Positions 16,632 through 27,701 of a stretch of 64,000 bases of DNA are shown here, piece by piece (within the stretch, counting starts at the first letter, position 1; every line of letters starts with the position of its first letter). Under the pieces are notes generated by a model that ran no database searches, had not been told where the DNA came from, and saw only the letters and a list, made by a program, of their open reading frames with translations. Position numbers and translations under genes: made by a program. This DNA is from an uncultured Gammaproteobacteria bacterium (GTDB lineage: Bacteria > Patescibacteriota > Microgenomatia > Levybacterales > UBA12049): NCBI GenBank assembly GCA_964497535.1, contig CAZCCG010000004.1, positions 15,218-79,217 on the forward strand. Reading direction: 5' to 3'.

Positions 16632-17200
16632 GCCAAAATATGGTCCAATTGTTTTTTTACAACTACTTGTTCTACCCCTGGTAATTGGAGAATAAGCGGG
16701 TTAAAAAATCCTCGGATAATCAGTTTTTCTGCTTCTTGCTCCGACAACCCTCTGCTTCGCAAATAAAACATTTGATTCTCATCAGGCCGTCCAATCGTTG
16801 AAGCATGACCAGCTTTCAGATCATTTTCATCAATTTCCAAAGAAGGAACAGATCGTCCTTTTGAGTCATCAAATAACAAGATTTTTGAAGCAAAATATCC
16901 ATCAGCACCCTTAGCACCCTTGGCAATATGGATCATCCCATCATTGTTAAATGTGGCATGGTTTTTAAATACCCCCCGTATTGTGGTAAGACTTTTGGTA
17001 CGCTGCCCTTTGTGAGTAACATGAGTATTAAATACTATAGAAGAATTCCCCGTTCCATAAAATAACCCTACGATTTTTGCAGTTGAATTATTTCCTAACA
17101 ATTTGACAGAGATTAAAACTTCCGTTTCATCTCCGTTTATCCATACAAACGGAATAACTTTCTCTTCTCCAGCTTTTATAACAAACTTTAATTCCTTCAT
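16628..17200 (-). CDS. sufD: Fe-S cluster assembly protein SufD (short form)
   Basis: 190 aa SufB/SufD C-terminal beta-helix domain. It overlaps sufS by 4 bp. Confidence 0.7.
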   Translation of the reverse strand: MKELKFVIKAGEEKVIPFVWINGDETEVLISVKLLGNNSTAKIVGLFYGTGNSSIVFNTHVTHKGQRTKSLTTIRGVFKNHATFNNDGMIHIAKGAKGADGYFASKILLFDDSKGRSVPSLEIDENDLKAGHASTIGRPDENQMFYLRSRGLSEQEAEKLIIRGFFNPLILQLPGVEQVVVKKQLDHILA

Positions 17201-17243
17201 TTTTCATTTCCTATATACTAAATACTAGATACAATATACGATT

Positions 17244-18647
17244 TTACCCCACGGCACCGGTCATTTCCAGTTGAATCAAACGATTCAGCTCAACCGCGTA
17301 TTCCATTGGTAACTCACGAACAATCGGCTCTACAAATCCATTCACAATCATTACTTCTGCTTGTGCTTGAGAGATTCCACGTGATTGAAAATAAAACAAT
17401 TGTTCTTCTCCTATTTTTGAAACAGAGGCCTCATGCCCGATTGTAACCCGCTCCTCATTAATTTCCATCGTGGGATAGGTATCAGAACGGCTTTTTTCAT
17501 CTAAAATAAGCGCGTCACACCTGACAGTAGATTTAGAATTTTTTGCACCTTTTATAACCTTTAGTAATCCTCTATATGACGTCCGCCCGCCATCTTTTGA
17601 AATCGATTTAGATGTAATAACGGAAGTTGTTTCAGGAGCTAAATGAATTGCCTTTCCCCCCGCATCCTGATGTTGGCCCTTGCCCGCAAACGCGAGAGAT
17701 AATATTTCTCCCCGGGCCTTTCTTCCCTTTAAATAAATGGAAGGATATTTCATTGTAAGCTGGGAACCCAAATTACCGTCAATCCATTCTCCAAAGCCTT
17801 CCTCCTCGACAAACATGCGCTTGGTTACTAAGTTATAAACATTCTTACTCCAATTTTGAATAGTAGTATATCGAACCCGCGCTCCTTTTTTGACAAGAAT
17901 TTCTACAACAGCGGAATGAAGGGAATCGGTTGTAAAAATAGGGGCAGTGCATCCTTCAACATAATGAACATATGACCCCTCATCGGCAATAATTAATGTT
18001 CTCTCAAATTGACCCATATTCTTAGCATTAATACGAAAATACGCCTGGAGCGGCAGTTCAACGTGCACTCCTTTGGGAACATAAATAAATGACCCTCCTG
18101 ACCATACGGCAGTATTTAAAGCGGCAAATTTATTGTCTGCCGCAGGAATGATTGTTCCAAAATATTGTTTGATGATTTCAGGATATTTATGAATTGCCGT
18201 ATCCGTATCACAAAAAATGACACCCTTTTTTTCGAGCATTTTTGAAATACTATGATAGACAACTTCCGAATCATACTGTGCTCCTACCCCTGCAAGAAAT
18301 TTTCTCTCAGCCTGCGGAATTCCGATTTTCTCATAGGTATTTCGAATATCATCGGGTAGAAGATCCCAGGAAGCAGCCTGTTTTTCGGTAGATTTTACAT
18401 AGTAATAAATATTGTCAAAGTTTATCCGGGTAAGATCTCCTCCCCACATTGGCAATTGCTTGGCAAAAAAAAGCTTTAATGCTTTCAGCCGGATATCCAG
18501 CATCCATGATGGTTCATTTTTGATTCCGGAAATTTCTCGTACTGTTTTTTCCGATAGCCCTTTTTGAGTTGAATAAAATGGTTGCTCTTTATCATGAAAA
18601 CCAAATGGATAGGACACATCAAACTGCTGCATATCCCTCCTTTTCAA
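17244..18647 (-). CDS. sufB: Fe-S cluster assembly protein SufB
   Basis: 467 aa with typical SufB length and sequence. Confidence 0.9.
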   Translation of the reverse strand: MKRRDMQQFDVSYPFGFHDKEQPFYSTQKGLSEKTVREISGIKNEPSWMLDIRLKALKLFFAKQLPMWGGDLTRINFDNIYYYVKSTEKQAASWDLLPDDIRNTYEKIGIPQAERKFLAGVGAQYDSEVVYHSISKMLEKKGVIFCDTDTAIHKYPEIIKQYFGTIIPAADNKFAALNTAVWSGGSFIYVPKGVHVELPLQAYFRINAKNMGQFERTLIIADEGSYVHYVEGCTAPIFTTDSLHSAVVEILVKKGARVRYTTIQNWSKNVYNLVTKRMFVEEEGFGEWIDGNLGSQLTMKYPSIYLKGRKARGEILSLAFAGKGQHQDAGGKAIHLAPETTSVITSKSISKDGGRTSYRGLLKVIKGAKNSKSTVRCDALILDEKSRSDTYPTMEINEERVTIGHEASVSKIGEEQLFYFQSRGISQAQAEVMIVNGFVEPIVRELPMEYAVELNRLIQLEMTGAVG

Positions 18648-19371
18648 TAATTCTTACCAGAGCCATTTTCCCCGACTTTTTAATTAATCCATCCATAAGG
18701 ACATGAACATAGGTGGGTCGTAAATAATGAAGAATTCGTTGGTAATGAGTAATCAAAAGTATACCAATATTATATTGTTTTACTGCCGATTGTATTGCTG
18801 TCGCAACAACTTTGAGACTATCTACATCAAGACCTGAATCTATTTCATCCAAAATTGCGAATTTGGGTTTGAGTACCAAAAGTTGCGCTATTTCCGCACG
18901 TTTTTTCTCCCCTCCTGAAAACCCTTCATTTAAAGATCGTTGCATAAATTCTTGTGGTAAATTTACAGCCTTCAATGCTTCCCCAACTATCTTTTTAAAT
19001 TCTGAAAGGGGGATTTTTTGCTCAGGATATAATGCCTTATATGCTGTTCTTAGAAATGCCAGTACAGAGACACCGCTTATCTCAACAGGCTGCTGGAAAG
19101 AGATAAATAGACCCATTCGTGCCTTTTCCTCAGGCAATAATTCCTTCATATCTTTTGTGTTTATTTGGAACTTGAACTTTGAAACATGATCTTGAATAGT
19201 ATATCCGGGACTGCCCATCAAACTTAATGCCAATGTAGTTTTTCCTGCACCGTTGGGGCCCATAATTGCATGTACTTCTCCGCTTTTTATTTCTAAATTA
19301 ATTCCTTTTAGAATTTCTTTATCTGCAATACCTGAATGTAAGTTTTTAACAGTTAAAATATTTTTTTTCAT
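18619..19371 (-). CDS. sufC: Fe-S cluster assembly ATPase SufC
   Basis: Walker A 'GPNGAGKTT' plus the ABC signature and Walker B. I set the start at the internal ATG at 19371, which overlaps the rrf2 stop by ATGA. Confidence 0.9.
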   Translation of the reverse strand: MKKNILTVKNLHSGIADKEILKGINLEIKSGEVHAIMGPNGAGKTTLALSLMGSPGYTIQDHVSKFKFQINTKDMKELLPEEKARMGLFISFQQPVEISGVSVLAFLRTAYKALYPEQKIPLSEFKKIVGEALKAVNLPQEFMQRSLNEGFSGGEKKRAEIAQLLVLKPKFAILDEIDSGLDVDSLKVVATAIQSAVKQYNIGILLITHYQRILHYLRPTYVHVLMDGLIKKSGKMALVRIIEKEGYAAV

Positions 19372-19781
19372 AACGAATGTGATGATTTTAAATCTTTCAG
19401 ACTCAAGGTATATATTTTTTCCAACAATTGATTGTTTACTCGTCGAATGGAAAGCCCATGTGGACATGTTTTTACAGAGCATTTACCATCTTTTGTATCT
19501 TGGCAACAGGAAAACAATGATTTTGTGGATAAACTCTCCAAGACTTTTCCCAATTGAATATCTTCAGGTTTTTTTGCAAGCAGATATCCTCCCTGTTTTC
19601 CTTCTATTGCGCGGATGATTCCGGCATTTCGTAAAAGTAACGCGATCTTCCGCAGAAATAAAATTGATAACTGATGTTTTTGGGCAACTTCAGATAAAGG
19701 CAACGGCTTACTCTTTACGGCATCAATAAGCTCATTGAGTAAAATAATGGCGTAATCTTCTTTTTTTGAAACCTGAATCAT
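19368..19781 (-). CDS. Rrf2-family transcriptional regulator (IscR/SufR-like), with a C-terminal Cys cluster
   Basis: 137 aa with an N-terminal wHTH and 'CCQDTKDGKCSVKTC'. It is the first gene of the suf operon. Confidence 0.85.
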   Translation of the reverse strand: MIQVSKKEDYAIILLNELIDAVKSKPLPLSEVAQKHQLSILFLRKIALLLRNAGIIRAIEGKQGGYLLAKKPEDIQLGKVLESLSTKSLFSCCQDTKDGKCSVKTCPHGLSIRRVNNQLLEKIYTLSLKDLKSSHSL

Positions 19782-19852
19782 ACCAAAGTAACCTCTGTAT
19801 TATCTATACTTATACCAAAGTAGTGTTAGTTTACTATGTGCTACTGAAGATG

Positions 19853-21418
19853 TCAATTCTTATTTCCCAGAGGTACTAACTTGTAGATTTCGACAACGGA
19901 TATTTTCCAATGTCCCGCAATATCAGCAGAACCAAAACCTGCCACTTCCCATAATGAATTGCCTAGCGGCTTACAATCAGGATATTCACAAATAACTAGA
20001 AGTTGTTTTGTCACGGTAGTACGATTAGGATCTACAACAGAATTTTGTATAACAACCGGAGGGTTCCCCCACAATGTCAAAAAATATCTATATGCATGAT
20101 CTGAGTTACCACTGGTCAGCAGTGCCAGATTAAATGGTTTTCCCTGGGCTTTATCAAAAACAAACCGTGAAATTTCCTCAGTCTGATTCAGTTGTTTATT
20201 CGCGGGATATAGAACCGGTGATTTTTGCAGACAAAGAAACAAAAAAAGAACAAAACTAATTACAGCTATCCCTTTGTACAAATGATTCTTCTTCCATAAA
20301 AACGCCATAAATGCGCCTAAAAATAAAAATGGTATAGGAAAAAGGAATTGAAAATAGTAATCATAAATCGGCTTTTTATAAAAGCCAAACATTACTATTC
20401 CAATCCCAAACCAGAGAAGGAGTAATGTATATTCAAGGAATTTAGTATCACGCTTTTTCAAAGTCTGCCGATAGTGCCAGAAAAAGAAGAGAGTAAGGAC
20501 TACCCCTACCAAAATCGATACAATAAACAACACTATATCTCGTGATGTTGCCATCTGTTCAATATGAGAATACGGAGGAAAATCCACCAGCAGTCGTGAG
20601 AACAATCTGAAGAAAACATTACCGATATTGGCTAAAAAATCTGCTCCTGCTCCGGTATCTTTTGAGAAAAAAATAAAATTGATTATATTTTTACTATTTT
20701 CAAATCCATGCCTGAATTCAAAAGCTAAAAAGGGCGAAAAACCTACAAGAAAGCCCACTAGGATTATTAATCCACGCTTGATATATTCCTTGATATTTGT
20801 AACAAATTTTGTAGATTTATAAAAAAATGTTCCAACAAATGTATAAAGAATAATAATTAATCCCAAAAATGTTTCAATGTAATGGAGTTGAATATCAATT
20901 CCGTAGAGTATTCCGACAATAAGAAAAAGCCATATTTTATTTTTAGCAATTGCTTTATACAAAACATACAACGTGAGCAGCGTAAATAGCGGCATAACAT
21001 TAGGATTCCAAGAAGATCTTGATGAGATAACAGCAAGCGGAGAAATTGCATAGAAAAAGGCTGCAATTAACCCTGAAGTTTTATTATAAAATTCTGCTCC
21101 AACTTTATAAATAAACCAAACGGTCACAACACCAAGCAATGCGACAAAAATTGATGGACCAACCGGATGACGAAAGATAAAATAGAAGGGGGTTACTAAA
21201 TAGTAATAAATTGGCCCCATGTAGAATCCCCCTACAGATGCGGTGGGACCCAGTAAGGTAAATTTCCTATGTACAATATTCTCAAGAACCAACGAATCTC
21301 TCCCTTCATCGCCAAGAAAAGTCATGTAGTCTGCTATATGATATAGTCTTAAAAAAGCAGCTACTACTAGAATAAGAAGAAGAATTATTATCTCTTTTTT
21401 TTTAAGAATTTTTTGCAT
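19853..21418 (-). CDS. Glycosyltransferase family 39 / ArnT-PMT-like polytopic membrane glycosyltransferase
   Basis: 521 aa with about 12 TM helices and an N-terminal 'FLGDEGRD'-type loop. Confidence 0.7.
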   Translation of the reverse strand: MQKILKKKEIIILLLILVVAAFLRLYHIADYMTFLGDEGRDSLVLENIVHRKFTLLGPTASVGGFYMGPIYYYLVTPFYFIFRHPVGPSIFVALLGVVTVWFIYKVGAEFYNKTSGLIAAFFYAISPLAVISSRSSWNPNVMPLFTLLTLYVLYKAIAKNKIWLFLIVGILYGIDIQLHYIETFLGLIIILYTFVGTFFYKSTKFVTNIKEYIKRGLIILVGFLVGFSPFLAFEFRHGFENSKNIINFIFFSKDTGAGADFLANIGNVFFRLFSRLLVDFPPYSHIEQMATSRDIVLFIVSILVGVVLTLFFFWHYRQTLKKRDTKFLEYTLLLLWFGIGIVMFGFYKKPIYDYYFQFLFPIPFLFLGAFMAFLWKKNHLYKGIAVISFVLFLFLCLQKSPVLYPANKQLNQTEEISRFVFDKAQGKPFNLALLTSGNSDHAYRYFLTLWGNPPVVIQNSVVDPNRTTVTKQLLVICEYPDCKPLGNSLWEVAGFGSADIAGHWKISVVEIYKLVPLGNKN

Positions 21419-22637
21419 CTTTTAAATATTGTGTCTTCCAAATAATTTTATTGTAAATAAGGTAATTGAGGGGAATAACGACTAAAATAATTGTTGGAAT
21501 TAAAATTGCAATTCTAACCGGAACCGTATAAGAGAATAGTTTAACACTCGTGCCCATATAATTAATAGCAATAGAAACTGCCAACACTTGAACTAAAATT
21601 GAAGCCAGGGATGTAAGATTGAATTTCAGTAACCGGATAATTCCGGGTGAACTTTCTTTTAATTTCCTTGTATCTCCAAATGTCCAGAAGTTATTAATTA
21701 AAAAATTTGAGATAATTGCTGACTCAGCCCCAATTCCTACAGCAATTGCATTCCCCAGTCCCGCAACAGTATCGTGAAAAAAACCGGCTTGGTACGGAAA
21801 AAGAAGTCCTGCCAAGCCAAAAGCCACCCCTGTTAAAATAGATCCTTCCTGAGTCCCTATTTGTACAACAAATCCTGTTCCTCCAACAATAAGGAACCGG
21901 ATAAACCGTTGTGAATCACGTAATCTCAACCGTACCACCAATGCAAAGGAATCATAAAGATTATTGGTATCCATTTTACTTTTTCCCTTTGTCCGCTCAT
22001 AAAAAATAATAGGAACCTCTTTTACTTTCGCGCCAAGTTTGGCTATTTCATATAGTATTTGCAGCTTGTATGCATAATCCTTTGAATAGAGATGATCTAA
22101 ATTTACTTTTTTAAGGTATGCTGTCTTTGTGAGTTTAAATCCTGAAGTCATATCATGAATATTAAAATTAAGCCAAACAATTCTCGCAAAAAGACTCCCA
22201 AAGATGCTTTTTATTTTTCGATCAAAACCCCATTCTTTTGGAATTTGACCACCGGGAATATACCTACTACCAATAACATAATCTGCACCTTCATCCATTG
22301 CTTTAATAAGACGAGGAATATCATGAGGGTCATGTTGAAAATCAGCATCAAATTCTATAACTGCATCTGCATGCATTTTTTCCATTGCATATTTCATTGC
22401 CCGTATATATGCTGACCCTAACCCTTGCTTATCTCCTTCCAATAACTCTATATTTTTCCATTGCTTCATATAAGAACGGACAACATCCGCCGTACCATCA
22501 GGAGATTTGTCATCGGCAATCAGTAAATACATGGTATGATTTTTTACTTTTGGGAAAACTTCTTTTTCCAAAAGTGGAATCATTTTCTCCATATTTACTT
22601 TTTCGTTATACGTTGGGGAAATAACCACTATTTTCAT
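21402..22637 (-). CDS. GT2 polyprenyl-phosphate glycosyltransferase (DPM1-like) fused to a C-terminal GtrA-like membrane domain
   Basis: N-terminal 'ISPTYNEK' and 'ADD' DXD region, with a C-terminal 4-TM GtrA-like domain. Confidence 0.75.
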   Translation of the reverse strand: MKIVVISPTYNEKVNMEKMIPLLEKEVFPKVKNHTMYLLIADDKSPDGTADVVRSYMKQWKNIELLEGDKQGLGSAYIRAMKYAMEKMHADAVIEFDADFQHDPHDIPRLIKAMDEGADYVIGSRYIPGGQIPKEWGFDRKIKSIFGSLFARIVWLNFNIHDMTSGFKLTKTAYLKKVNLDHLYSKDYAYKLQILYEIAKLGAKVKEVPIIFYERTKGKSKMDTNNLYDSFALVVRLRLRDSQRFIRFLIVGGTGFVVQIGTQEGSILTGVAFGLAGLLFPYQAGFFHDTVAGLGNAIAVGIGAESAIISNFLINNFWTFGDTRKLKESSPGIIRLLKFNLTSLASILVQVLAVSIAINYMGTSVKLFSYTVPVRIAILIPTIILVVIPLNYLIYNKIIWKTQYLKDAKNS

Positions 22638-22644
22638 ATATTTA

Positions 22645-23460
22645 TTATACCGATGCGTTTTCTGTAGTTTTATAATTATTTATATGATGACTCTTCTGAT
22701 TTTTCGCTGAATAATGCTGGGGGTTAACCAACAATTCTTTCATCCGTGCACCAATGACATATTGCATCAAGTTAATAATATATTGTACAGGAGTTATTTT
22801 GGAATGTCCAAGCACCCGATCCGTAGCATGAAAAGGCACCTCTGCGATTTTAAATCCATCTTGTACCGCCTTATGTAAAAAAGCCACATTAAATGTATAT
22901 CCGGTATACATTTTTGCTTTATTTTTTTCTTTTAGAATCACTTCTTTTCTTATTGCTCGATACCCGCCTGTCCAATCATGGATAGAAAAACGGAACAATA
23001 TTACCCGTACCAAATAATTTCCGCAAATTGAGAATATTTTTCTATGGAGTCCCCAATTGGAAGGGATTGATCCTCCATTACTATATCGGGTCCCAATTAC
23101 AATATCATATCCTTGATCAATTTTCTTTAAAAACTCCCCGATTTTTAATGGATCATGAAAAAAATCGGCATCCATAGTGAAAATAATCTCAGCATGCATA
23201 TTTTTCCGAGAGTAATCCATTCCTCTTACATAAGCTGCACCTAAACCTTTTTTAGGACCACTGCTAAGCTCTAGATTTTTCCATTTTTTCATCATTTTTT
23301 TTACTTCATGTGCCGTCCCATCTGGCGATGAATCATCACAAACTAAAATATTCATAGAATGTTTTTTAATCGTAGGGAAAACTTTACTCTCCAATATTGT
23401 AATTAGTTTTTCAATATTGCCTTTTTCGTTATATGTTGGAAGAATAATAACTACTTTCAT
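22645..23460 (-). CDS. GT2 glycosyltransferase (dolichol-phosphate-mannose synthase-like)
   Basis: 271 aa with 'ILPTYNEKGNI' and the DXD motif 'CDDSSPDGT'. Confidence 0.8.
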   Translation of the reverse strand: MKVVIILPTYNEKGNIEKLITILESKVFPTIKKHSMNILVCDDSSPDGTAHEVKKMMKKWKNLELSSGPKKGLGAAYVRGMDYSRKNMHAEIIFTMDADFFHDPLKIGEFLKKIDQGYDIVIGTRYSNGGSIPSNWGLHRKIFSICGNYLVRVILFRFSIHDWTGGYRAIRKEVILKEKNKAKMYTGYTFNVAFLHKAVQDGFKIAEVPFHATDRVLGHSKITPVQYIINLMQYVIGARMKELLVNPQHYSAKNQKSHHINNYKTTENASV

Positions 23461-23471
23461 TGTTTATATTT

Positions 23472-24431
23472 TCAAACTGTTTTAAAATAGTCAATTGTTG
23501 CTTTAAGTCCATCTTGTAAACTTACTTTCGGTTTCCAGGAAAGTAATTTTTGTGCTTTTGTTATATCCGGACACCGTTTTTTCGGATCATCCTGGGGAAG
23601 CTGTTTGAATATAATTTCTGATTGTGTTGCAGTCATTTCCTTGATAATGGTAGCAAGCTCTTCAACAGTCCGTTCATCAGGGTTACCCAGATTAATAACC
23701 TCACCCTTTGTCCCGGAAGTAATCATTGCACTAAGAAGTCCCTCAACTAAATCGCTGACGTAACAAAAGCTTCTCGTTTGTAGTCCTTCCCCGTAAATAG
23801 TCATAGGACTCTGGGCTAACGCTTGAGTTATAAAATTTGATACCACCCTTCCGTCGTCTTTTTGCATATAAGGTCCATAGGTATTAAAAATCCGTACAAT
23901 GCGAACATCGATGTAAAATTTTCGAAGATATGCAAATGTTATTGCTTCACCAAAACGTTTTGCCTCATCATAAACTGAACGTACACCATTTGGATTTACA
24001 TTTCCAAAATAGGTTTCCACTTGTGGTGATATTTGAGGATCTCCATACACTTCAGATGTTGAAGCAAATAGAAAAGTACTATTATTTTTTCTCGCTAATT
24101 CGAGTAAGTGATAAGTACCGGTAGAATTAACTAGTAAAGTTTCTATAGGATAATTAATATAGCTTGTTTTACTCTCCTTATTTGGTGAAGCGGGACTTGC
24201 AAGATGGAAAATATAATCAATCGTACCGAACTTTTCAAGAGAGGATATATCTTTTATAATATCAAGTTCAACAAAAGTGAAATTTTTTTGTGAAGAAAGG
24301 TCTTTTATATTGTCTTTATTTCCCGTAAGAAGATTGTCAACACAAATTACGTCATAGTACTGTTTCAGAAGCTTTCTGCAAAGATGAGAGCCAATGAAGC
24401 CTGCTCCTCCTGCTATTAGTGCTTTTTTCAT
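23472..24431 (-). CDS. UDP-glucuronate decarboxylase / UDP-xylose synthase-like SDR
   Basis: 'GGAGFIGSHL' with a UXS-like length and motifs. The ugd gene is nearby. Confidence 0.75.
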   Translation of the reverse strand: MKKALIAGGAGFIGSHLCRKLLKQYYDVICVDNLLTGNKDNIKDLSSQKNFTFVELDIIKDISSLEKFGTIDYIFHLASPASPNKESKTSYINYPIETLLVNSTGTYHLLELARKNNSTFLFASTSEVYGDPQISPQVETYFGNVNPNGVRSVYDEAKRFGEAITFAYLRKFYIDVRIVRIFNTYGPYMQKDDGRVVSNFITQALAQSPMTIYGEGLQTRSFCYVSDLVEGLLSAMITSGTKGEVINLGNPDERTVEELATIIKEMTATQSEIIFKQLPQDDPKKRCPDITKAQKLLSWKPKVSLQDGLKATIDYFKTV

Positions 24432-25403
24432 TCAGCTCTTCTCCTGTTCACGCTCCAAATCTGCTTTTACCATCATTTCAACAAGCTGCTTAAAGCTTGT
24501 TTTTGGTTCCCACCCTAAAACTTTTTTTGCTTTACTATAATCTCCAACCAACAAATCAACCTCTGCCGGGCGGAGATATTTGTCATTATTAGACTCAACA
24601 TATTGCTGCCAATCATGTATACCAACTGCATCAAATGCCAACTCAACAAATTCACGCACAGAATGAGTTTCTCCAGTAGCAATTACATAATCATCAGGCT
24701 TATCTTGCTGCATCATCAACCACATTGCCTCTATATAGTCACCCGCAAATCCCCAATCTCTCTTAGAGTCCATATTCCCAAGTACTAATCGAGATTGTTT
24801 TCCCAGTGAAATTCTGGCTACCGCATGGCTTATTTTCCGAGTAACAAATTCTAGTCCTCGTCGAGGTGATTCGTGATTAAATAATATACCGGAGCACGCG
24901 AACATATCATAACTTTCTCTATAATTCACGGTTATATAATGCCCATATACTTTTGCAACTCCGTAAGGACTGCGGGGATAAAAACGAGTTGTTTCTTTTT
25001 GCGGTGTTTCGATAACTTTTCCAAACATTTCTGAAGATGATGCTTGATAAAATTTTATTGAAGGATTAACCCGTCTCACTGCTTCCAATACGCGCGTAAC
25101 ACCTAAACCCGTATACTCTCCGGTTAGTACTGCTTGATTCCAGGATGTTTTTACAAATGACTGAGCCGCGAGATTATAAACTTCATCCGGATGAGAATAT
25201 TCTATTGCTTCTGTTAATGAACTTTGATCAAGTAAATCTGCAGACAGAATTTCTATTTGGTCCTCAAAGTGCTTGATACGTTCATTATTAACGGTACTGG
25301 TACGTCGTGTAGTACCATATACTTTATATCCTTTTTTCAGCAATAACTCAGCCAGATAAGAAGCATCCTGGCCAGTAACACCTGTAATAAGTGCTCTTTT
25401 CAT
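24432..25403 (-). CDS. gmd: GDP-mannose 4,6-dehydratase
   Basis: '[26 protein letters not shown]' is a canonical GMD N-terminus. Confidence 0.9.
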   Translation of the reverse strand: MKRALITGVTGQDASYLAELLLKKGYKVYGTTRRTSTVNNERIKHFEDQIEILSADLLDQSSLTEAIEYSHPDEVYNLAAQSFVKTSWNQAVLTGEYTGLGVTRVLEAVRRVNPSIKFYQASSSEMFGKVIETPQKETTRFYPRSPYGVAKVYGHYITVNYRESYDMFACSGILFNHESPRRGLEFVTRKISHAVARISLGKQSRLVLGNMDSKRDWGFAGDYIEAMWLMMQQDKPDDYVIATGETHSVREFVELAFDAVGIHDWQQYVESNNDKYLRPAEVDLLVGDYSKAKKVLGWEPKTSFKQLVEMMVKADLEREQEKS

Positions 25404-25414
25404 ATAATCCTATT

Positions 25415-26368
25415 TTATACAATATTTCGCCAATAGTCGAGGGTCCTTTTTAGTGTCTCTTCAATCGGAACTTTTGGCTGCCAGCCCGTAATCATATGAA
25501 GCTTTGAATAATCACATACAATATCTGCAATATCACTGGGACGAAGTAATTGTTGATCTGTTTCTATAGTAATTTTTGTTAATGAAAGTTCAAGCAATTT
25601 TTTTAGTATGTCTGCTATTTTATAACTTTTTCCCGAACCGATGTTATACACTTCTCCTGGTAGCCCTTTTTCCAGAATCAAATGATAAGCACGCACCATA
25701 TCGGAGACATCGGTAAAATCACGCTTTGACTCAAGATTTCCAACATGCATTATCGGTTCTTGTTTCTTTTTTTCAATCTCGGCAATCTGTTTGGAAAAAG
25801 CAGATATAACAAATTGAGGAGATAATCGGGGACCTACATGATTAAAGGGTCGAATCCGAATAATGGGGATGTTATACGTTATGAAATATTGTAGACCCAA
25901 GTAATCCTGTGCGATCTTAGAAACTGCATAAGGACTTGTTGGACGCAGAGGTGTATTTTCCTTAACTGGAAGATCCTGCGGAGCTATCATCCCATACATA
26001 TCTCCTGATGCGACAATGAGTACTCGTGTATGAAAAAGTTTTTGTTTTCGCAGAGCCTCAAGGACATTCACTTCTGCGGTAATGTTATTTGTCAAAAATG
26101 ATGATGGGTTTTTAAAACTATCCGCAGGAGAAGGTAATGCAGCTAAATGATAAATAAAGTCAGGATGGACAGAGCCAATGATATCTGAAATTTTTTGCTC
26201 GTCTTGTAGATCTACCTGGATTAACTGAATATCTGCAGAAGTTATATTTTTTTTACTATCTGTTGTTAGGTATGTTCCAGATATTTCAAATTCATGAAGA
26301 GATTCCAGATAATGAGCTAGATGGCTTCCTGCAAAACCAGTAATTCCTGTTATAAAAACTTTTTTCAT
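25415..26368 (-). CDS. NAD-dependent epimerase/dehydratase, likely GDP-4-keto-6-deoxy-D-mannose reductase (Rmd-like)
   Basis: 'ITGITGFAGSHL'. It is immediately downstream of gmd. Confidence 0.6.
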   Translation of the reverse strand: MKKVFITGITGFAGSHLAHYLESLHEFEISGTYLTTDSKKNITSADIQLIQVDLQDEQKISDIIGSVHPDFIYHLAALPSPADSFKNPSSFLTNNITAEVNVLEALRKQKLFHTRVLIVASGDMYGMIAPQDLPVKENTPLRPTSPYAVSKIAQDYLGLQYFITYNIPIIRIRPFNHVGPRLSPQFVISAFSKQIAEIEKKKQEPIMHVGNLESKRDFTDVSDMVRAYHLILEKGLPGEVYNIGSGKSYKIADILKKLLELSLTKITIETDQQLLRPSDIADIVCDYSKLHMITGWQPKVPIEETLKRTLDYWRNIV

Positions 26369-27678
26369 CTGCCAACACCTATATAGGTAAACCCTAATTC
26401 GCGGGCTTTATGAGGATCATAAATATTTCTTCCATCTATTAAATTTGGTTTTCGCAAAAGTTTTTTGATTTTTGAAAGATCCAGTTGACGAAATTCATTC
26501 CATTCCGTAGCAATAATTAAAGCATCAGCATCTTTTGCTGCAGTATAAGCATCCTGAGTAAACAAAACAGAATCCCCCATTATCCGTTCCGCATTTTTCA
26601 TAGCAACTGGATCATAGGCTTGAATTATTATCCCTGACTTCAGCAATTCTTTTATAATAGTCAAAGCCGGTGCTTCTCTCATATCATCAGTGTCGGGCTT
26701 GAAGGATAATCCTAAAATGCCTACTTTTTGTCCTTTCAGGTTATCTCCCAATAATTTTCTCGTTTTATCTACAATTCCTATCATTGCTTGCTTATTGATA
26801 TGTTCTACAATCTTGAGCAATTGGAAATCATATCCATAATCTCCGGCGATTGAAATAAGAGCTTTGACATCTTTAGGAAAACAGCTACCGCCATACCCTG
26901 CTCCTGCATTGAGAAATGAACCACCGATACGCTTATCAAGTCCGATTGCTTCCAAAACGGTTGGCCCATCAGCATATGCATGCTCACAAAGTTGTGCAAT
27001 TGCATTAGCAAAAGAGATCTTTGTCGCTAAAAATGCATTTGATGCATACTTAATCATTTCTGCAGTTTCAATCGTAGTAAGTACTAACTTTGTAGGGTTG
27101 GTCTCATTATTTACAATAGGCATATGAAGTTCTACCAAAAGATTCTTAGCTTTTTTTGACTCTGTCCCAATAACAACGCGGTCAGGATGGAATGTATCTC
27201 CAATTGCCTGGCCTTCCCTCAGAAATTCCGGTACTGATGCGATATCAAATTCTGCACTATGAGATTTAACCTGCTCAATAACTTCTTTCACTTTTTTATT
27301 TGTGCCTACAGGAACGGTACTTTTTGTAATAACGACTGTATATCCTTCTAGGTTTTCTCCCACTTTTTTAGCTACATCAAATACAACAGAAAGATCTGCG
27401 GAACCATCAGGCTGGGGAGGAGTACCAACTGCAATGAACACAACATCAGACTGAGGAATTGCGGGAGAATAATCTAAGGTAAATAAGAGACGTTTGGCTT
27501 TAACATTTCTTTTTACAATTTCATCAAGACCAGGTTCATATATAGGAATCATACCTTTTTTTAAGTCTTCCACTTTTTCAGGAGTATGTCCAATAACCCA
27601 AACTGTATTTCCTAAGTCAGCAAAAACAGCAGCCGTAACGAGTCCTACATATCCGTGTCCAATAAATGTAATTGTCAT
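26365..27678 (-). CDS. ugd: UDP-glucose 6-dehydrogenase
   Basis: 'GHGYVGL' Rossmann motif and the catalytic 'GGSCFPKD'. Confidence 0.85.
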   Translation of the reverse strand: MTITFIGHGYVGLVTAAVFADLGNTVWVIGHTPEKVEDLKKGMIPIYEPGLDEIVKRNVKAKRLLFTLDYSPAIPQSDVVFIAVGTPPQPDGSADLSVVFDVAKKVGENLEGYTVVITKSTVPVGTNKKVKEVIEQVKSHSAEFDIASVPEFLREGQAIGDTFHPDRVVIGTESKKAKNLLVELHMPIVNNETNPTKLVLTTIETAEMIKYASNAFLATKISFANAIAQLCEHAYADGPTVLEAIGLDKRIGGSFLNAGAGYGGSCFPKDVKALISIAGDYGYDFQLLKIVEHINKQAMIGIVDKTRKLLGDNLKGQKVGILGLSFKPDTDDMREAPALTIIKELLKSGIIIQAYDPVAMKNAERIMGDSVLFTQDAYTAAKDADALIIATEWNEFRQLDLSKIKKLLRKPNLIDGRNIYDPHKARELGFTYIGVGR

Positions 27679-27701
27679 ATTATAATTTAAAAAATTGAAT
27701 T

